Shown one piece after another: positions 31,867-40,465 of a stretch of DNA of 40,908 bases. The notes beneath the pieces are model-generated. The model saw only the letters and a program-made list of their open reading frames with translations, was not told the DNA's origin and ran no database searches. Positions within the stretch are counted from its first letter, which is position 1; the number at the start of each line of letters is the position of its first letter. Source of the DNA: a virus; the UHGV virus genome UHGV-0188503; one strand, given 5' to 3'. A program made the translations under genes and the position numbers.

Positions 31867-31904
31867 ATTTTATCATGCTTGTATATTTGGGCGGAACTGC
31901 CCAC
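31867..31904 (-). promoter_or_regulatory. Late-promoter motif copy 2 (scaffold/capsid)
   Basis: GTGGGCAGTTCCG-N19-TAAAAT with TG extension. Confidence 0.65.
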
Positions 31905-31915
31905 CCTTTTGCAAT

Positions 31916-32245
31916 TTAATATTTTTTTATTTCCACACATTCCGGGTATTCTCCGGCAATCAATGAAATGCCGTCCATAGCAAATTTAAACATTTGCAAA
32001 ACGCTTTCCCGGTCTGCATTTTTTGGAACACATCGGACAACGGCGCGGCCTTTTGCAAAGTCCAGTACCGTCTCGCCGTTGCAAAGCCTGCCGCTTTGCT
32101 TGCTTAACCAAAACCCAAGCGTATTTATAATCGCGGAGATTCCCGCGCATACAATGTCCTGCCCCGGCGCGGAATGACCGGAATGCCCCTGCGCCGTCAG
32201 AAACAGCGCAGGATGGGCGGAACAGTCCGCAGAAATGCGAATCAT
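31916..32245 (-). CDS. prp: Prp-family (ribosomal-processing) cysteine protease
   Basis: GHS....GQDIVCAGIS catalytic His/Cys; ends EYPECVEI. Confidence 0.88.
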   Translation of the reverse strand: MIRISADCSAHPALFLTAQGHSGHSAPGQDIVCAGISAIINTLGFWLSKQSGRLCNGETVLDFAKGRAVVRCVPKNADRESVLQMFKFAMDGISLIAGEYPECVEIKKY

Positions 32246-34254
32246 GATGGCACACTCGCTTCCTGCGCCTGTTCTCTTGCTTTTTCAACGGTCCTGTTTT
32301 CGTCCTTACTTTCCCCGGTCTCTCCGTCCGCCGATTTTGCCGCATAAGCCGGGTTGATTCCGGAAGGCCCTGGGAACACGGGCGCGGCCATCAAAGCGCT
32401 GTACTGCTCTGCAATTTTGCGCTGTACCACATCTTTGCCCCGGAAATCCATCATGTCAAGACACATCAGCGCCATGGGTGCCATTTGCGGATTAAAAAAT
32501 CCGGCGTTGTAAAACTGCAATGCCAACTCATTTTGAGACATTTTGTTATACCCGGTAGACTTTTGCGCGGAAACCGATATGTCATAGATGGGCAACCTTT
32601 CCCCGGTCTCCTGCCCCATCGCGTTATATTGCATTTGCGGCTGCATTCCGGCGTTGGAAAACGCCATAAACTTGGCCATTCCGTTATCGCCGACAATCCG
32701 GTAATAGCGCGGCAGGTTGTAAAACTGCCTGATCAGCTCAATGCAGACGCGGATCAGTTTGACATAGGTGCGGTAAGATGCCCGGATTGCGTCACGGCTC
32801 AGTTTGCCGGACTGTTCCTGCATGGCGGCGATCCCGCTTGCCGCAGTCACTCCTGCCGCTGTCCCGCCGTTGTTTACATCCCGGTTGCCGGAGGTCTCTT
32901 TAAGCTCGTTAATTTTGCTGTCAAGGACCGTCACGGCATAAGTCGGGATGGATGTTTGCGGCATGGCTCGCATTGAGATTTCCGAAAGATCTGCGTCACC
33001 TGCGTCCACAATCCGCTTGGACAGATCGGAAAGGTCGGCGTTGTTTAGCCCAGAGCCCTTACGGACAAACCAGCGCGGCACGGAGTTGTATACAGCGTTT
33101 TCCGTAATGGCGGCCGAAAGCGTGTCAATCTGGTTTTGCGTTTCCTTGCACATATCCACAACGCCAAATCCGTATGGTGTGCCCTGCTCAGGGTAAAGCA
33201 CATCCATGACAAACGGATAAAGGCCGTGATCATATATGCCTGTAACACTCAAAGGCTGGCCGACAGGCACATTTACCATTTCGCCCGTCATCGGATCTCT
33301 CTCCTGCACGCTCGGCGCTTTACGGTCGTTTTCCGTAGCGTACAGAACGATGTTATTGACAAATTTGCAAAAATGTACAACCTCGCGCCCATCCACAAGC
33401 GTCTTATAGTACCAATCAACGACCACGCTTTTTTTGCTGGTATCCACATTATCGTCAAACAAGTATTTGGGGAGGTCTATGTCGCTTTGACCCAGTTTGT
33501 CCTTTGTCTGAGGGTAAAGCTGTGTCAGTCGGTCGTTGTCCACCAATGCGCAAAGAAATATATCGCGCGAATCCTGGAGATCCGTCACGCCTGGCTCCCA
33601 GAAGATGTTAAGCGCGTCCACAAAGGAGATGCTTACATCTCCAAGGCCGCCGTTTTTGGAGCTGTCCCAAAAAACGCCGTAAACGGCAAACCCGTGTTTG
33701 AGTTTGTACCACCACGCTTGCGAGTAGGTTTCCTCAAAGTCGTTTTGCTCCAAAATACAGGGAAGTACAGAGGTGAGCAATTCCGCCTGCGCTTTGTCCG
33801 ATTCCTCGCGCGGAAGGATGTTAAATTCCGGAAAAGCGTCCATTGCGTCCGCGTGTTTGGACATGATCACATTCTGCAGCCATCCGGAGGTAGGCATCCC
33901 CTCCTCGTCACCGGCCACAAAACCCGCCTCGCCTTTAAATTTACGCGCGTGCAGCCTTTTCCAATATTCCTCGTTGCGGATAATTTTATCCTCAAGATGA
34001 GACTTACCGGCCTTGTATTCCCTCAACCGCCCGGCCGCCGCTGTAATCTGCTTCTCTCCGATTGGGTTTTTGGCAAGATCAAATCCGGTCTCTCCTGTTT
34101 TTCCGCCACCGATAACCGGTGTTTGCCCGGCTCCATTTTCTGGAATAGCAGTCTGCTGCATTGATTCCTCGCCTTCGGCCGCCTGTGCAAAGTCGCGGCG
34201 AGCCTTCGCTTGCCGCATGACAGCGGTCAACATATCTTCCTTGTTTTTGTCCAT
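32242..34254 (-). CDS. Portal protein (P22-like)
   Basis: 670 aa directly after TerL; YPFV, PYGFG, KETSGNRD, TAASGI motifs. Confidence 0.85.
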   Translation of the reverse strand: MDKNKEDMLTAVMRQAKARRDFAQAAEGEESMQQTAIPENGAGQTPVIGGGKTGETGFDLAKNPIGEKQITAAAGRLREYKAGKSHLEDKIIRNEEYWKRLHARKFKGEAGFVAGDEEGMPTSGWLQNVIMSKHADAMDAFPEFNILPREESDKAQAELLTSVLPCILEQNDFEETYSQAWWYKLKHGFAVYGVFWDSSKNGGLGDVSISFVDALNIFWEPGVTDLQDSRDIFLCALVDNDRLTQLYPQTKDKLGQSDIDLPKYLFDDNVDTSKKSVVVDWYYKTLVDGREVVHFCKFVNNIVLYATENDRKAPSVQERDPMTGEMVNVPVGQPLSVTGIYDHGLYPFVMDVLYPEQGTPYGFGVVDMCKETQNQIDTLSAAITENAVYNSVPRWFVRKGSGLNNADLSDLSKRIVDAGDADLSEISMRAMPQTSIPTYAVTVLDSKINELKETSGNRDVNNGGTAAGVTAASGIAAMQEQSGKLSRDAIRASYRTYVKLIRVCIELIRQFYNLPRYYRIVGDNGMAKFMAFSNAGMQPQMQYNAMGQETGERLPIYDISVSAQKSTGYNKMSQNELALQFYNAGFFNPQMAPMALMCLDMMDFRGKDVVQRKIAEQYSALMAAPVFPGPSGINPAYAAKSADGETGESKDENRTVEKAREQAQEASVPS

Positions 34255-34283
34255 TTTCTAATCCTTTCGTTGTATTTTTTTAA

Positions 34284-35696
34284 TTAAACGGTTATAACGC
34301 GCGTTCCGGCGGAATAATCCACCAACTGATTGAGCGGATCGTCCCGAATCTGACGGCCTGCGGATTTTACCATGGCCGAGATCGGTCGGGTCATCAAAAA
34401 ATAACGGATATCGTCACACACATGATCTTCCAGCTCCGTGTCAAGGTCCTCCGCGTTTGTAGAGCTGTACATCATGAGCGGGATAGTCCTGATCGCGGCG
34501 CGGCAGGTATTAAATATATACATTCTTGCCTTGCCGTTTTCGTCAAATTGCAATCTGTAGTGCATCTGCATCCATCCAGGTATGCGCTTGTTATCTCCGG
34601 GGGTAAATGTAATCCCGTGTTTGAGCGCCGTCTCTGCCACGCTTTCACCCCTGCTTGCGTCCCAGATCGCCGGGTCTGCCACGCCGGATATTTGTTTCCC
34701 CGCCAGTAGCGGGTGCTCTCGCTCTATTTTTTTAATTTCGTCAAACTGCCTGTCCGGTGTCCACTTAACCCCCTCATTAGGGGTCTCTGTGCAGCCGTAT
34801 AATTCAGCAACGCGATACACCGTCCCGTCCTTATCGGATGCCCACCATCCGCACGAAAACGGCTTACCATAGCCAAAGTCATAAGAGCGGTAGATCGGCC
34901 AATAATCAGGTATTTGGAAAGGCGTAATAACATGAGTGTTCCGCCGCAGTTTTTGTTCTTCCGGCGTGCCGATTCGGAACTCCTCAAAAAACTGACCGTC
35001 AAATATGTCCCATGCGCCGTCCAACCATGCGCGTCGGAGCTTGGGCGGAAGCGCCTGGAGCTGACTGTAATAATCCGGGTCGGACTGCATAAGAGCCTTA
35101 TTATCTGTAACGAGAGACTGTATAAATTCATATTCATCCGGGTTTTCCCCGGCCTTAAAATCTCTGTCGATAAATAAACGCTTAACCCATTGATGGCCTA
35201 CTCCGCCGGGGTTGCAGGTGATATAGATCCGTTTTGGATAATTATTCACGCCGCGCACACATGCGGTCAGTTTTTTAAAGATTTCTTCGGTCTGCTGCGT
35301 TGCCTCGTCAATAAATAATGCATCGACTTCTGTTCCTTGAAATCTCTCAGCGTCCTTGGCGTGGTCGCAATATCGGAACAAAATTCTGCTTCCGTTTGGG
35401 AATGTGATGTTTTTTTTCGCGTCATTGTACGAAGCAATACGCTGATCTTTGTCAGGATGGTAGCACTTTAACATGTTGCAGATAGGGTTGATATGATTTT
35501 CCTGCAACTCAGCGTAGGTTTTGCGAATAATCATACATTTTATGCCGGGGTAAGTCAGGCAAAGGAGCACCGATTTGATCCGGACAGCCCAGCTTTTTCC
35601 GCCCCCCCTCGCGCCGCCAAAGCCTATATTTCTTTTTTTTGCCATAAAAAACAGCCTTTGCTTATCGTTTGGCTTTGATATCACCAGTTCCGGCAC
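34284..35696 (-). CDS. terL: Terminase large subunit
   Basis: GGARGGGKS Walker A, FIDEA Walker B, CNPGG, YDFG, EDHVCDDIRY nuclease motifs. Confidence 0.95.
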   Translation of the reverse strand: MPELVISKPNDKQRLFFMAKKRNIGFGGARGGGKSWAVRIKSVLLCLTYPGIKCMIIRKTYAELQENHINPICNMLKCYHPDKDQRIASYNDAKKNITFPNGSRILFRYCDHAKDAERFQGTEVDALFIDEATQQTEEIFKKLTACVRGVNNYPKRIYITCNPGGVGHQWVKRLFIDRDFKAGENPDEYEFIQSLVTDNKALMQSDPDYYSQLQALPPKLRRAWLDGAWDIFDGQFFEEFRIGTPEEQKLRRNTHVITPFQIPDYWPIYRSYDFGYGKPFSCGWWASDKDGTVYRVAELYGCTETPNEGVKWTPDRQFDEIKKIEREHPLLAGKQISGVADPAIWDASRGESVAETALKHGITFTPGDNKRIPGWMQMHYRLQFDENGKARMYIFNTCRAAIRTIPLMMYSSTNAEDLDTELEDHVCDDIRYFLMTRPISAMVKSAGRQIRDDPLNQLVDYSAGTRVITV

Positions 35697-35710
35697 GATT
35701 TAAACCTCCT

Positions 35711-36181
35711 TTATCCGTTAAGACCCTCGCTGTCTCCCTCAAATCTGACCGTAACGGTCGTGTCTTTTACCTCGCCGTCTTTTGCATCTTTTTTAAGCTT
35801 TTCAATCCGTGCCAGCTGCTCTTCGATGTCCAGGCTCGGCCGGATCTCCTTGATTTCCTTTAAATCCTTTAATGCTCCTGTGATATCCCGCAATCTGCCG
35901 GAATAAAGTATAGATCCGTCATCCAATCCGTCCTTAATGATCTGCAAAAGCTTGTCAGCAATGGCCAAAAACATGTCAATCCGCTTTGTTTCCTCTTTTG
36001 CGGCCTTTTTAATCAGGTTTTTTCGTGTTTTTGTGCGGACCTCTTTTTTCATTCCGGTCCATTCTTCTTCTGCTGATATTTTTCGTAAGGTGCTTTCAGA
36101 AACTTTATATTTTTCGGCCAGGGCGCGGAGCGTCACGCCGCCTTTTATGTATTCTTTTTTAATTTTCCTGTAGTCTGCCAC
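35711..36181 (-). CDS. terS: Terminase small subunit
   Basis: GTG 36181 with AGGAGG; IKKEYIKGGVTLRALAEKYKVSESTL HTH; directly upstream of TerL. Confidence 0.8.
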   Translation of the reverse strand: MADYRKIKKEYIKGGVTLRALAEKYKVSESTLRKISAEEEWTGMKKEVRTKTRKNLIKKAAKEETKRIDMFLAIADKLLQIIKDGLDDGSILYSGRLRDITGALKDLKEIKEIRPSLDIEEQLARIEKLKKDAKDGEVKDTTVTVRFEGDSEGLNG

Positions 36182-36203
36182 AAAGCGCCCTCCTTTTTGC
36201 ACA

Positions 36204-36241
36204 ATTGTACATTTTTTTGTGTACGCGGCGGAACTGCCCAC
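36204..36241 (-). promoter_or_regulatory. Late-promoter motif copy 1 (terS)
   Basis: GTGGGCAGTTCCG-N19-TACAAT. Confidence 0.65.
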
Positions 36242-36281
36242 GATGTTCCGAAAAAATTTTTTTATTTTTTTGCAAAACCCC

Positions 36282-36310
36282 TTGACAAATGCGCCCAACG
36301 GGTGTATAAT
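36282..36310 (+). promoter_or_regulatory. Consensus sigma70 promoter of a two-gene moron
   Basis: TTGACA-N17-TATAAT with A/T-rich UP element; imperfect palindrome TGCGCCC-AAC-GGGTGTA in the spacer. Confidence 0.85.
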
Positions 36311-36355
36311 GAGGTCAAACAGGGGCAAAGACCCCGGAAAATGGAGGATTGAAAA

Positions 36356-36628
36356 ATGAAAAATTTAAATGGCGCAAAAGTTTATGGAGATGAAAAAACA
36401 AATCTTAGATTGACTGCTTTAGCTCAATCCGTTTTTTCTCAAACAGATCCTTGTGATATTTATGAATTTGAGGAGCAAGTTGATCCGGATGATGATTCGA
36501 TGTATCCTGAAATGAAGTATACTTATTCTGTTAGAAGTTGCGTTTTAGATCGCGATGACATGACAGAAGATGATGTAAATGAGTTTTTTGAATCTCTTGC
36601 CGAAGAGGAAAATGACATTGAAGAGTGA
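36356..36628 (+). CDS. Highly acidic 90-aa protein (candidate DNA mimic / anti-defence)
   Basis: 26 D/E versus 7 K/R; RBS GGAGG; opposite strand to its neighbours. Confidence 0.75.
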   Translation: MKNLNGAKVYGDEKTNLRLTALAQSVFSQTDPCDIYEFEEQVDPDDDSMYPEMKYTYSVRSCVLDRDDMTEDDVNEFFESLAEEENDIEE

Positions 36629-36794
36629 ATTTCGGTTATTGTGTGAAAAATACGAAATGCGGCAGGTTGACATGATCCATCGCTTTAATATTCCGCTCCG
36701 GACTGTTCAGAATTGGTATTCCGGGGTCAGACAGCCGCCTGATTATGTTCTTGCGATGATCGACAAAATTTTAAGCATTGAGGTTAAAGGTTAA
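36612..36794 (+). CDS. Small HTH regulator (Aca-like)
   Basis: QVDMIHRFNIPLRTVQNWYSGVRQPPDYV; overlaps the acidic gene. Confidence 0.8.
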   Translation: MTLKSEFRLLCEKYEMRQVDMIHRFNIPLRTVQNWYSGVRQPPDYVLAMIDKILSIEVKG

Positions 36795-36996
36795 ATAAAA
36801 AAGAGATCCCACCCGGACAAACCGGGTGGGATCTTGCTATTTTTCCGTTCTTGTATTTTCCGCTTTGCGTGCAGTAAATGTAGCACTTGAACGGTATCTC
36901 GATTTTCGGACGCGTCTTGCGAACCTCTATCGTCTTCTTGCCGCTCGCTATAAGCTCACACCATTTTGGGTTTATTGAAATCAAAATCGAGGTCAT
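36784..36996 (-). pseudogene. ASCH/PUA-like gene, apparently truncated
   Basis: ILISINPKWCELIASGKKTIEVRKTRP...CYIYCT, then reads into a terminator hairpin. Confidence 0.55.
36797..36834 (-). terminator. Terminator of the early/middle transcript
   Basis: 13-bp stem AGATCCCACCCGG/CCGGGTGGGATCT followed by CTTTTTT on the minus strand. Confidence 0.75.
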
Positions 36997-37688
36997 TTTC
37001 GCTTCTCCATTTCCGCCCTAAGACTGTCCTTGATGTAGTAATCAAGCCCCATCTTCCTGCACAAGTTTTCTGCTTTTCTGCCAAAATCGCCCCAGTTTAT
37101 AGGTGACGGGTGATAGTTCAGCTTGCCTATTTTCACCTTATCCGCAATCAACGAAACCAAGTGGAGGTCGATGAAAAACTGTCTTTCATTGGTTACGGGC
37201 TCAAAAGACACCCAAGTGTTAATTCCACGGCGGTGCGCCTCTGCAAGAGCGTCAACCCTCGCCTTCCATAGCGGATTTCTGCCGTTCCCAATGCCGTCGA
37301 GGGTAATACCGTACCAATCGTTCTCGCAAAGCAAATCAAAATCTCTGCGTCCATCGCCTTTGGTTAGAATTTGCACATTATTTCCGAATGCTTTGAGGAG
37401 CTTAATAATCTCCCGTGTTGCGTCCGAATCGAACCCGTTTGGGTATGGGTCGCAGGTGAAACAAAGATGCACGGTTGAACCTGTAATGTGTTCCCGTTCA
37501 AGCTGTTTCCGTGTCTCCTCAACAATGTTTTCCCTCGGTCTGACTTCCGCGTGGAATGCCTCGCGGTCTCTGCGCAACACCGACGGTGCAAAGCAGTAGA
37601 AGCACCCGTGCGGGCATCCCGTGTAGATGTTTATGGCGTAATCGCCGTATTCTTTTGCCGCGCCTTTCGGCTCATATATCGGTTTCAT
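36993..37688 (-). CDS. Radical SAM protein
   Basis: GCPHGCFYCF (CxxxCxxC); DPYP, ILTK, VSFEP motifs. Confidence 0.85.
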   Translation of the reverse strand: MKPIYEPKGAAKEYGDYAINIYTGCPHGCFYCFAPSVLRRDREAFHAEVRPRENIVEETRKQLEREHITGSTVHLCFTCDPYPNGFDSDATREIIKLLKAFGNNVQILTKGDGRRDFDLLCENDWYGITLDGIGNGRNPLWKARVDALAEAHRRGINTWVSFEPVTNERQFFIDLHLVSLIADKVKIGKLNYHPSPINWGDFGRKAENLCRKMGLDYYIKDSLRAEMEKRK

Positions 37689-37963
37689 CTTTCGTCACTC
37701 CAATCTATTGTCTGCCCACATGTCGGGCAGTGGTTATGCATTTCGTAATCGACCTCATAGCGGTCTTCGCAACACGGACAAATCCATGTGTCGTAGATTA
37801 TATTTCCGTTGTCATCATAACCATCGCCTTCAAGCATCGGCTTTTTTGGTGTCTGCTTTTCGAGAGCCGCAATTGCAAATCGGCAAGCATCGCGAAACGC
37901 GTCTGTATACACTTCATTGTCAACAATCAATTTGAATCGTCTTATTGCATCTTTGTTTGTCAT
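37685..37963 (-). CDS. Zinc-ribbon hypothetical protein
   Basis: ALEKQTPKKP..CPCC..HCPTCGQTIDW. Confidence 0.75.
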   Translation of the reverse strand: MTNKDAIRRFKLIVDNEVYTDAFRDACRFAIAALEKQTPKKPMLEGDGYDDNGNIIYDTWICPCCEDRYEVDYEMHNHCPTCGQTIDWSDER

Positions 37964-38283
37964 TCTTTATCACCTTCCATTTTTGCGCCGCAGTTCGGGC
38001 AATATTTTGTGTTTTCCATCGAATAAAAACGAGGATTCATGTGGCATACACTGCACTCCCAACAATAACCAATGCCAACAGGCTGTAATTGCCATTTTCC
38101 GTGCCTGACTTCCTGCACATCGGCGGTCGGCGCTTTGAATAATACAATTTTTTCAGTTTCCGCGAAGCCCTCGGCAAGGTTGTCAAGCTGTGTTTCTCCT
38201 GCTTCAATCAGCTTTTGTGTTTCCTTGAATTTTTCATTAAACAGATCCGGGATGGTTTCCGCGTCAATGTATCTCGGCATCAT
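37960..38283 (-). CDS. Zinc-ribbon hypothetical protein
   Basis: RYIDA..PTADVQEVRHGKW..CSVC..YCPNCGAKM. Confidence 0.75.
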   Translation of the reverse strand: MMPRYIDAETIPDLFNEKFKETQKLIEAGETQLDNLAEGFAETEKIVLFKAPTADVQEVRHGKWQLQPVGIGYCWECSVCHMNPRFYSMENTKYCPNCGAKMEGDKE

Positions 38284-39025
38284 TCAACATCCTTTCTATG
38301 GAGGCTTTGTAATATTTTGTGCTGACCTCAAATCCTATTGCCTTGCGTTTGAGTTCTTCTGCCGCGCGCAAAGTTGTTCCACTCCCTGCCACGGGGTCTA
38401 TCACCACATCCCCCGGATCGGTAAATATCTCAATCAGTCGCTTCAAAACAGATACGGGCTTTTGCGTTGGGTGAATTTTCGGATATTTCTTGCTACTGTC
38501 CCGCCTCCATTCAAACCAGTTGAAAACCATATGCCCTTTCCCATCGGCATCTCGGTTGTTGAATTTTGGGAGTTTGTCTCGGTACAGCACAAGTGCGTAT
38601 TCGGTCGCTCCGCAAATTCTCATGTTGGCTTTCAGGGCTTGTGAAGAATAATTTTTGCAAAAGATAAGCGGTATATAGTGCATATATCCGTGCTTCTTCG
38701 CAATGTCGATTAACATCGCCATTTGCTCAAATGCGCAAAATATAATCATGCACGGCGCTTTGCCGCGTTCCTTTGGTTCCGGCTTCAAGAGCTTCGAACA
38801 GAAGTGAAAATATTCGTTGAGGTTGAAATCTCCATCGCCATTAAAAAACGCGGACTTTGCATGTTTGCTTTCGCCGTTTCTGTTGTCACCGCCGATGTAC
38901 CACATGGGATTTGAACCATATGCTTTCTCTCCTATGTTGTACGGAATATCCGCGATAACTAACTGTGCTCGTGGAATGCCGTATCGCTTATAATTCTGGA
39001 AATTGTCATGAATCAGTCTTGCCAT
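38264..39025 (-). CDS. Orphan N4/N6 DNA methyltransferase (beta arrangement)
   Basis: DIPY motif IV precedes HPTQKP and DPVAGSGTT motif I; no cognate endonuclease seen. Confidence 0.9.
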   Translation of the reverse strand: MARLIHDNFQNYKRYGIPRAQLVIADIPYNIGEKAYGSNPMWYIGGDNRNGESKHAKSAFFNGDGDFNLNEYFHFCSKLLKPEPKERGKAPCMIIFCAFEQMAMLIDIAKKHGYMHYIPLIFCKNYSSQALKANMRICGATEYALVLYRDKLPKFNNRDADGKGHMVFNWFEWRRDSSKKYPKIHPTQKPVSVLKRLIEIFTDPGDVVIDPVAGSGTTLRAAEELKRKAIGFEVSTKYYKASIERMLNDAEIH

Positions 39026-39311
39026 CGTCTTTTCTCCTTTCCGAAAGCACCTTTTTACTTTTTTCTCCTGCGGTCGATTTTGTGATGTCAAATATCTCTC
39101 CGCAGCTGAAGCACACAACAATATCAATCAGGCTTCCGACATAATATCCAGACAGGTTTTTTCCGCAAGATGGGCAGTACACATTGGTATTGCACGGGTT
39201 GCATGGCAGATGCACCCACTGGTTGCGCGGCGTAAATTCCGGGCAATCCGTCACTTTCTCATACGAAGCCCCGCCGCAAGGCAAAAAGTGCAAGCAATCT
39301 TTACAAGTCAT
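39006..39311 (-). CDS. Cys-rich hypothetical protein
   Basis: MTCKDCLH..C..CPSCG..CFSCG; AGGAGG RBS. Confidence 0.65.
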   Translation of the reverse strand: MTCKDCLHFLPCGGASYEKVTDCPEFTPRNQWVHLPCNPCNTNVYCPSCGKNLSGYYVGSLIDIVVCFSCGEIFDITKSTAGEKSKKVLSERRKDDGKTDS

Positions 39312-39312
39312 T

Positions 39313-39480
39313 TTAATCCTCCTCATCTGCATAAATAACGCGCTTTAGTATTGATTTATAGTTCCCGTCCTTTTCCTTTCGGACTTTTACAGAGTACCCC
39401 ATTTTCACAAGCAATGCGGTCAGCGTTTTGTACTCTTCGTCAGTGAGCGATGTTCCGCCATCCTGAGTTATGATTTTCAT
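39313..39480 (-). CDS. 55-aa hypothetical protein (not in ORF track)
   Basis: MKIITQDGGTSLTDEEYKTLTALLVKMGYSVKVRKEK...; GGGAGG RBS; fills the gap exactly. Confidence 0.65.
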   Translation of the reverse strand: MKIITQDGGTSLTDEEYKTLTALLVKMGYSVKVRKEKDGNYKSILKRVIYADEED

Positions 39481-39481
39481 T

Positions 39482-39880
39482 TTATACCTCCCTGATTTTT
39501 ATTCCATGTACATACAACATCAGTTTCCGCTTGATGATGTACTCTTTTGTTTTAACGCCTTTTGCATCCTCCACAACGGTCTGCCACGCTTCGGCTGCTT
39601 CCGGCGATTTTTGCCGCTCCAGATAAACAAAGTCCGCGCGGTAGACCACTTGCCGCTCCAACAGTTTTCCGGGCTTTTCTCGGCCGTTTTTTTGCGTCTG
39701 AGACGGTTCACGCTGTTCCGGTACAAGGACAAAATCGACCTGCCTTTTCAGTTCCCGGATTTCCCCGGTTCGCTGGAGAAGTTTCAGCTCACACCAGCGC
39801 CTGAATTCTTTTTGGGAATCAAACCTTCCTTCAGGCGTATCGATCCGGAATGCGCCGTATTTGTTAGGCATACCGGGCAT
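39482..39880 (-). CDS. DUF1064-family endonuclease
   Basis: NKYGA..FDSQKE..LKRQV.F..YRADFVY..VEDAKG..YIIKRKLM. Confidence 0.85.
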   Translation of the reverse strand: MPGMPNKYGAFRIDTPEGRFDSQKEFRRWCELKLLQRTGEIRELKRQVDFVLVPEQREPSQTQKNGREKPGKLLERQVVYRADFVYLERQKSPEAAEAWQTVVEDAKGVKTKEYIIKRKLMLYVHGIKIREV

Positions 39881-40082
39881 AATAGACCTCCTCGCCGTAC
39901 CTGTTTTTGTGTCGTTCCATGGTCTTTTTGATGTCATAGCCTGCCTTTTTTGCGTCACTGATCCGGGAAGCAAGGCGCATAACGCCGATATCCCGGATTG
40001 CTTCCAGCTGCGAGATGGAGCCGAAATCTATCATGTAGGCAATGACGCGGTCCAGTTGTTTGGGTCTTGCTGTTTTTTGCAT
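39864..40082 (-). CDS. Small winged-HTH protein (HTH_39-like)
   Basis: GSISQLEAIRDIGVMRLASRISD..GYDI..NRYGE..YARY. Confidence 0.75.
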   Translation of the reverse strand: MQKTARPKQLDRVIAYMIDFGSISQLEAIRDIGVMRLASRISDAKKAGYDIKKTMERHKNRYGEEVYYARYA

Positions 40083-40118
40083 ATTCCTCTCTCCTTTATT
40101 TTTGGCCTTTAAAGGCTT

Positions 40119-40463
40119 TTAATTTTGTTTGCGGTATAGTTGGTTAATTTCTCCGTCAAAATCGCTTCTACCCCCGTTTTTTCGGCTCACGGGACATTCC
40201 ACGGTGCCGCCCTGAGATTCAATTCTGTAAATTGCGCAAAAAACAGGGCATTTGGAAAACTCTTTGATGTCGTGGCAGTATGCGGCGGAATGTGCGTCTC
40301 GCTCTCTCCGGTCTGCAAAGGATACGACAAGTGTTTTTACATCCGGCGAATCCACGCCGCACCGGATCTGTCTGCACCGTTCCTCCGGCGGCGTGGATCG
40401 GCAGGAAGGGCGGCGATAGGGACAGACCGCATAAGCGTCCTGTGCGCTGAGATAAGTTGCCAT
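40119..40463 (-). CDS. Cys-rich protein, candidate late-gene activator
   Basis: CPY..IRC..YC..CP spacing; function inferred only. Confidence 0.55.
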   Translation of the reverse strand: MATYLSAQDAYAVCPYRRPSCRSTPPEERCRQIRCGVDSPDVKTLVVSFADRRERDAHSAAYCHDIKEFSKCPVFCAIYRIESQGGTVECPVSRKNGGRSDFDGEINQLYRKQN

Positions 40464-40465
40464 GA

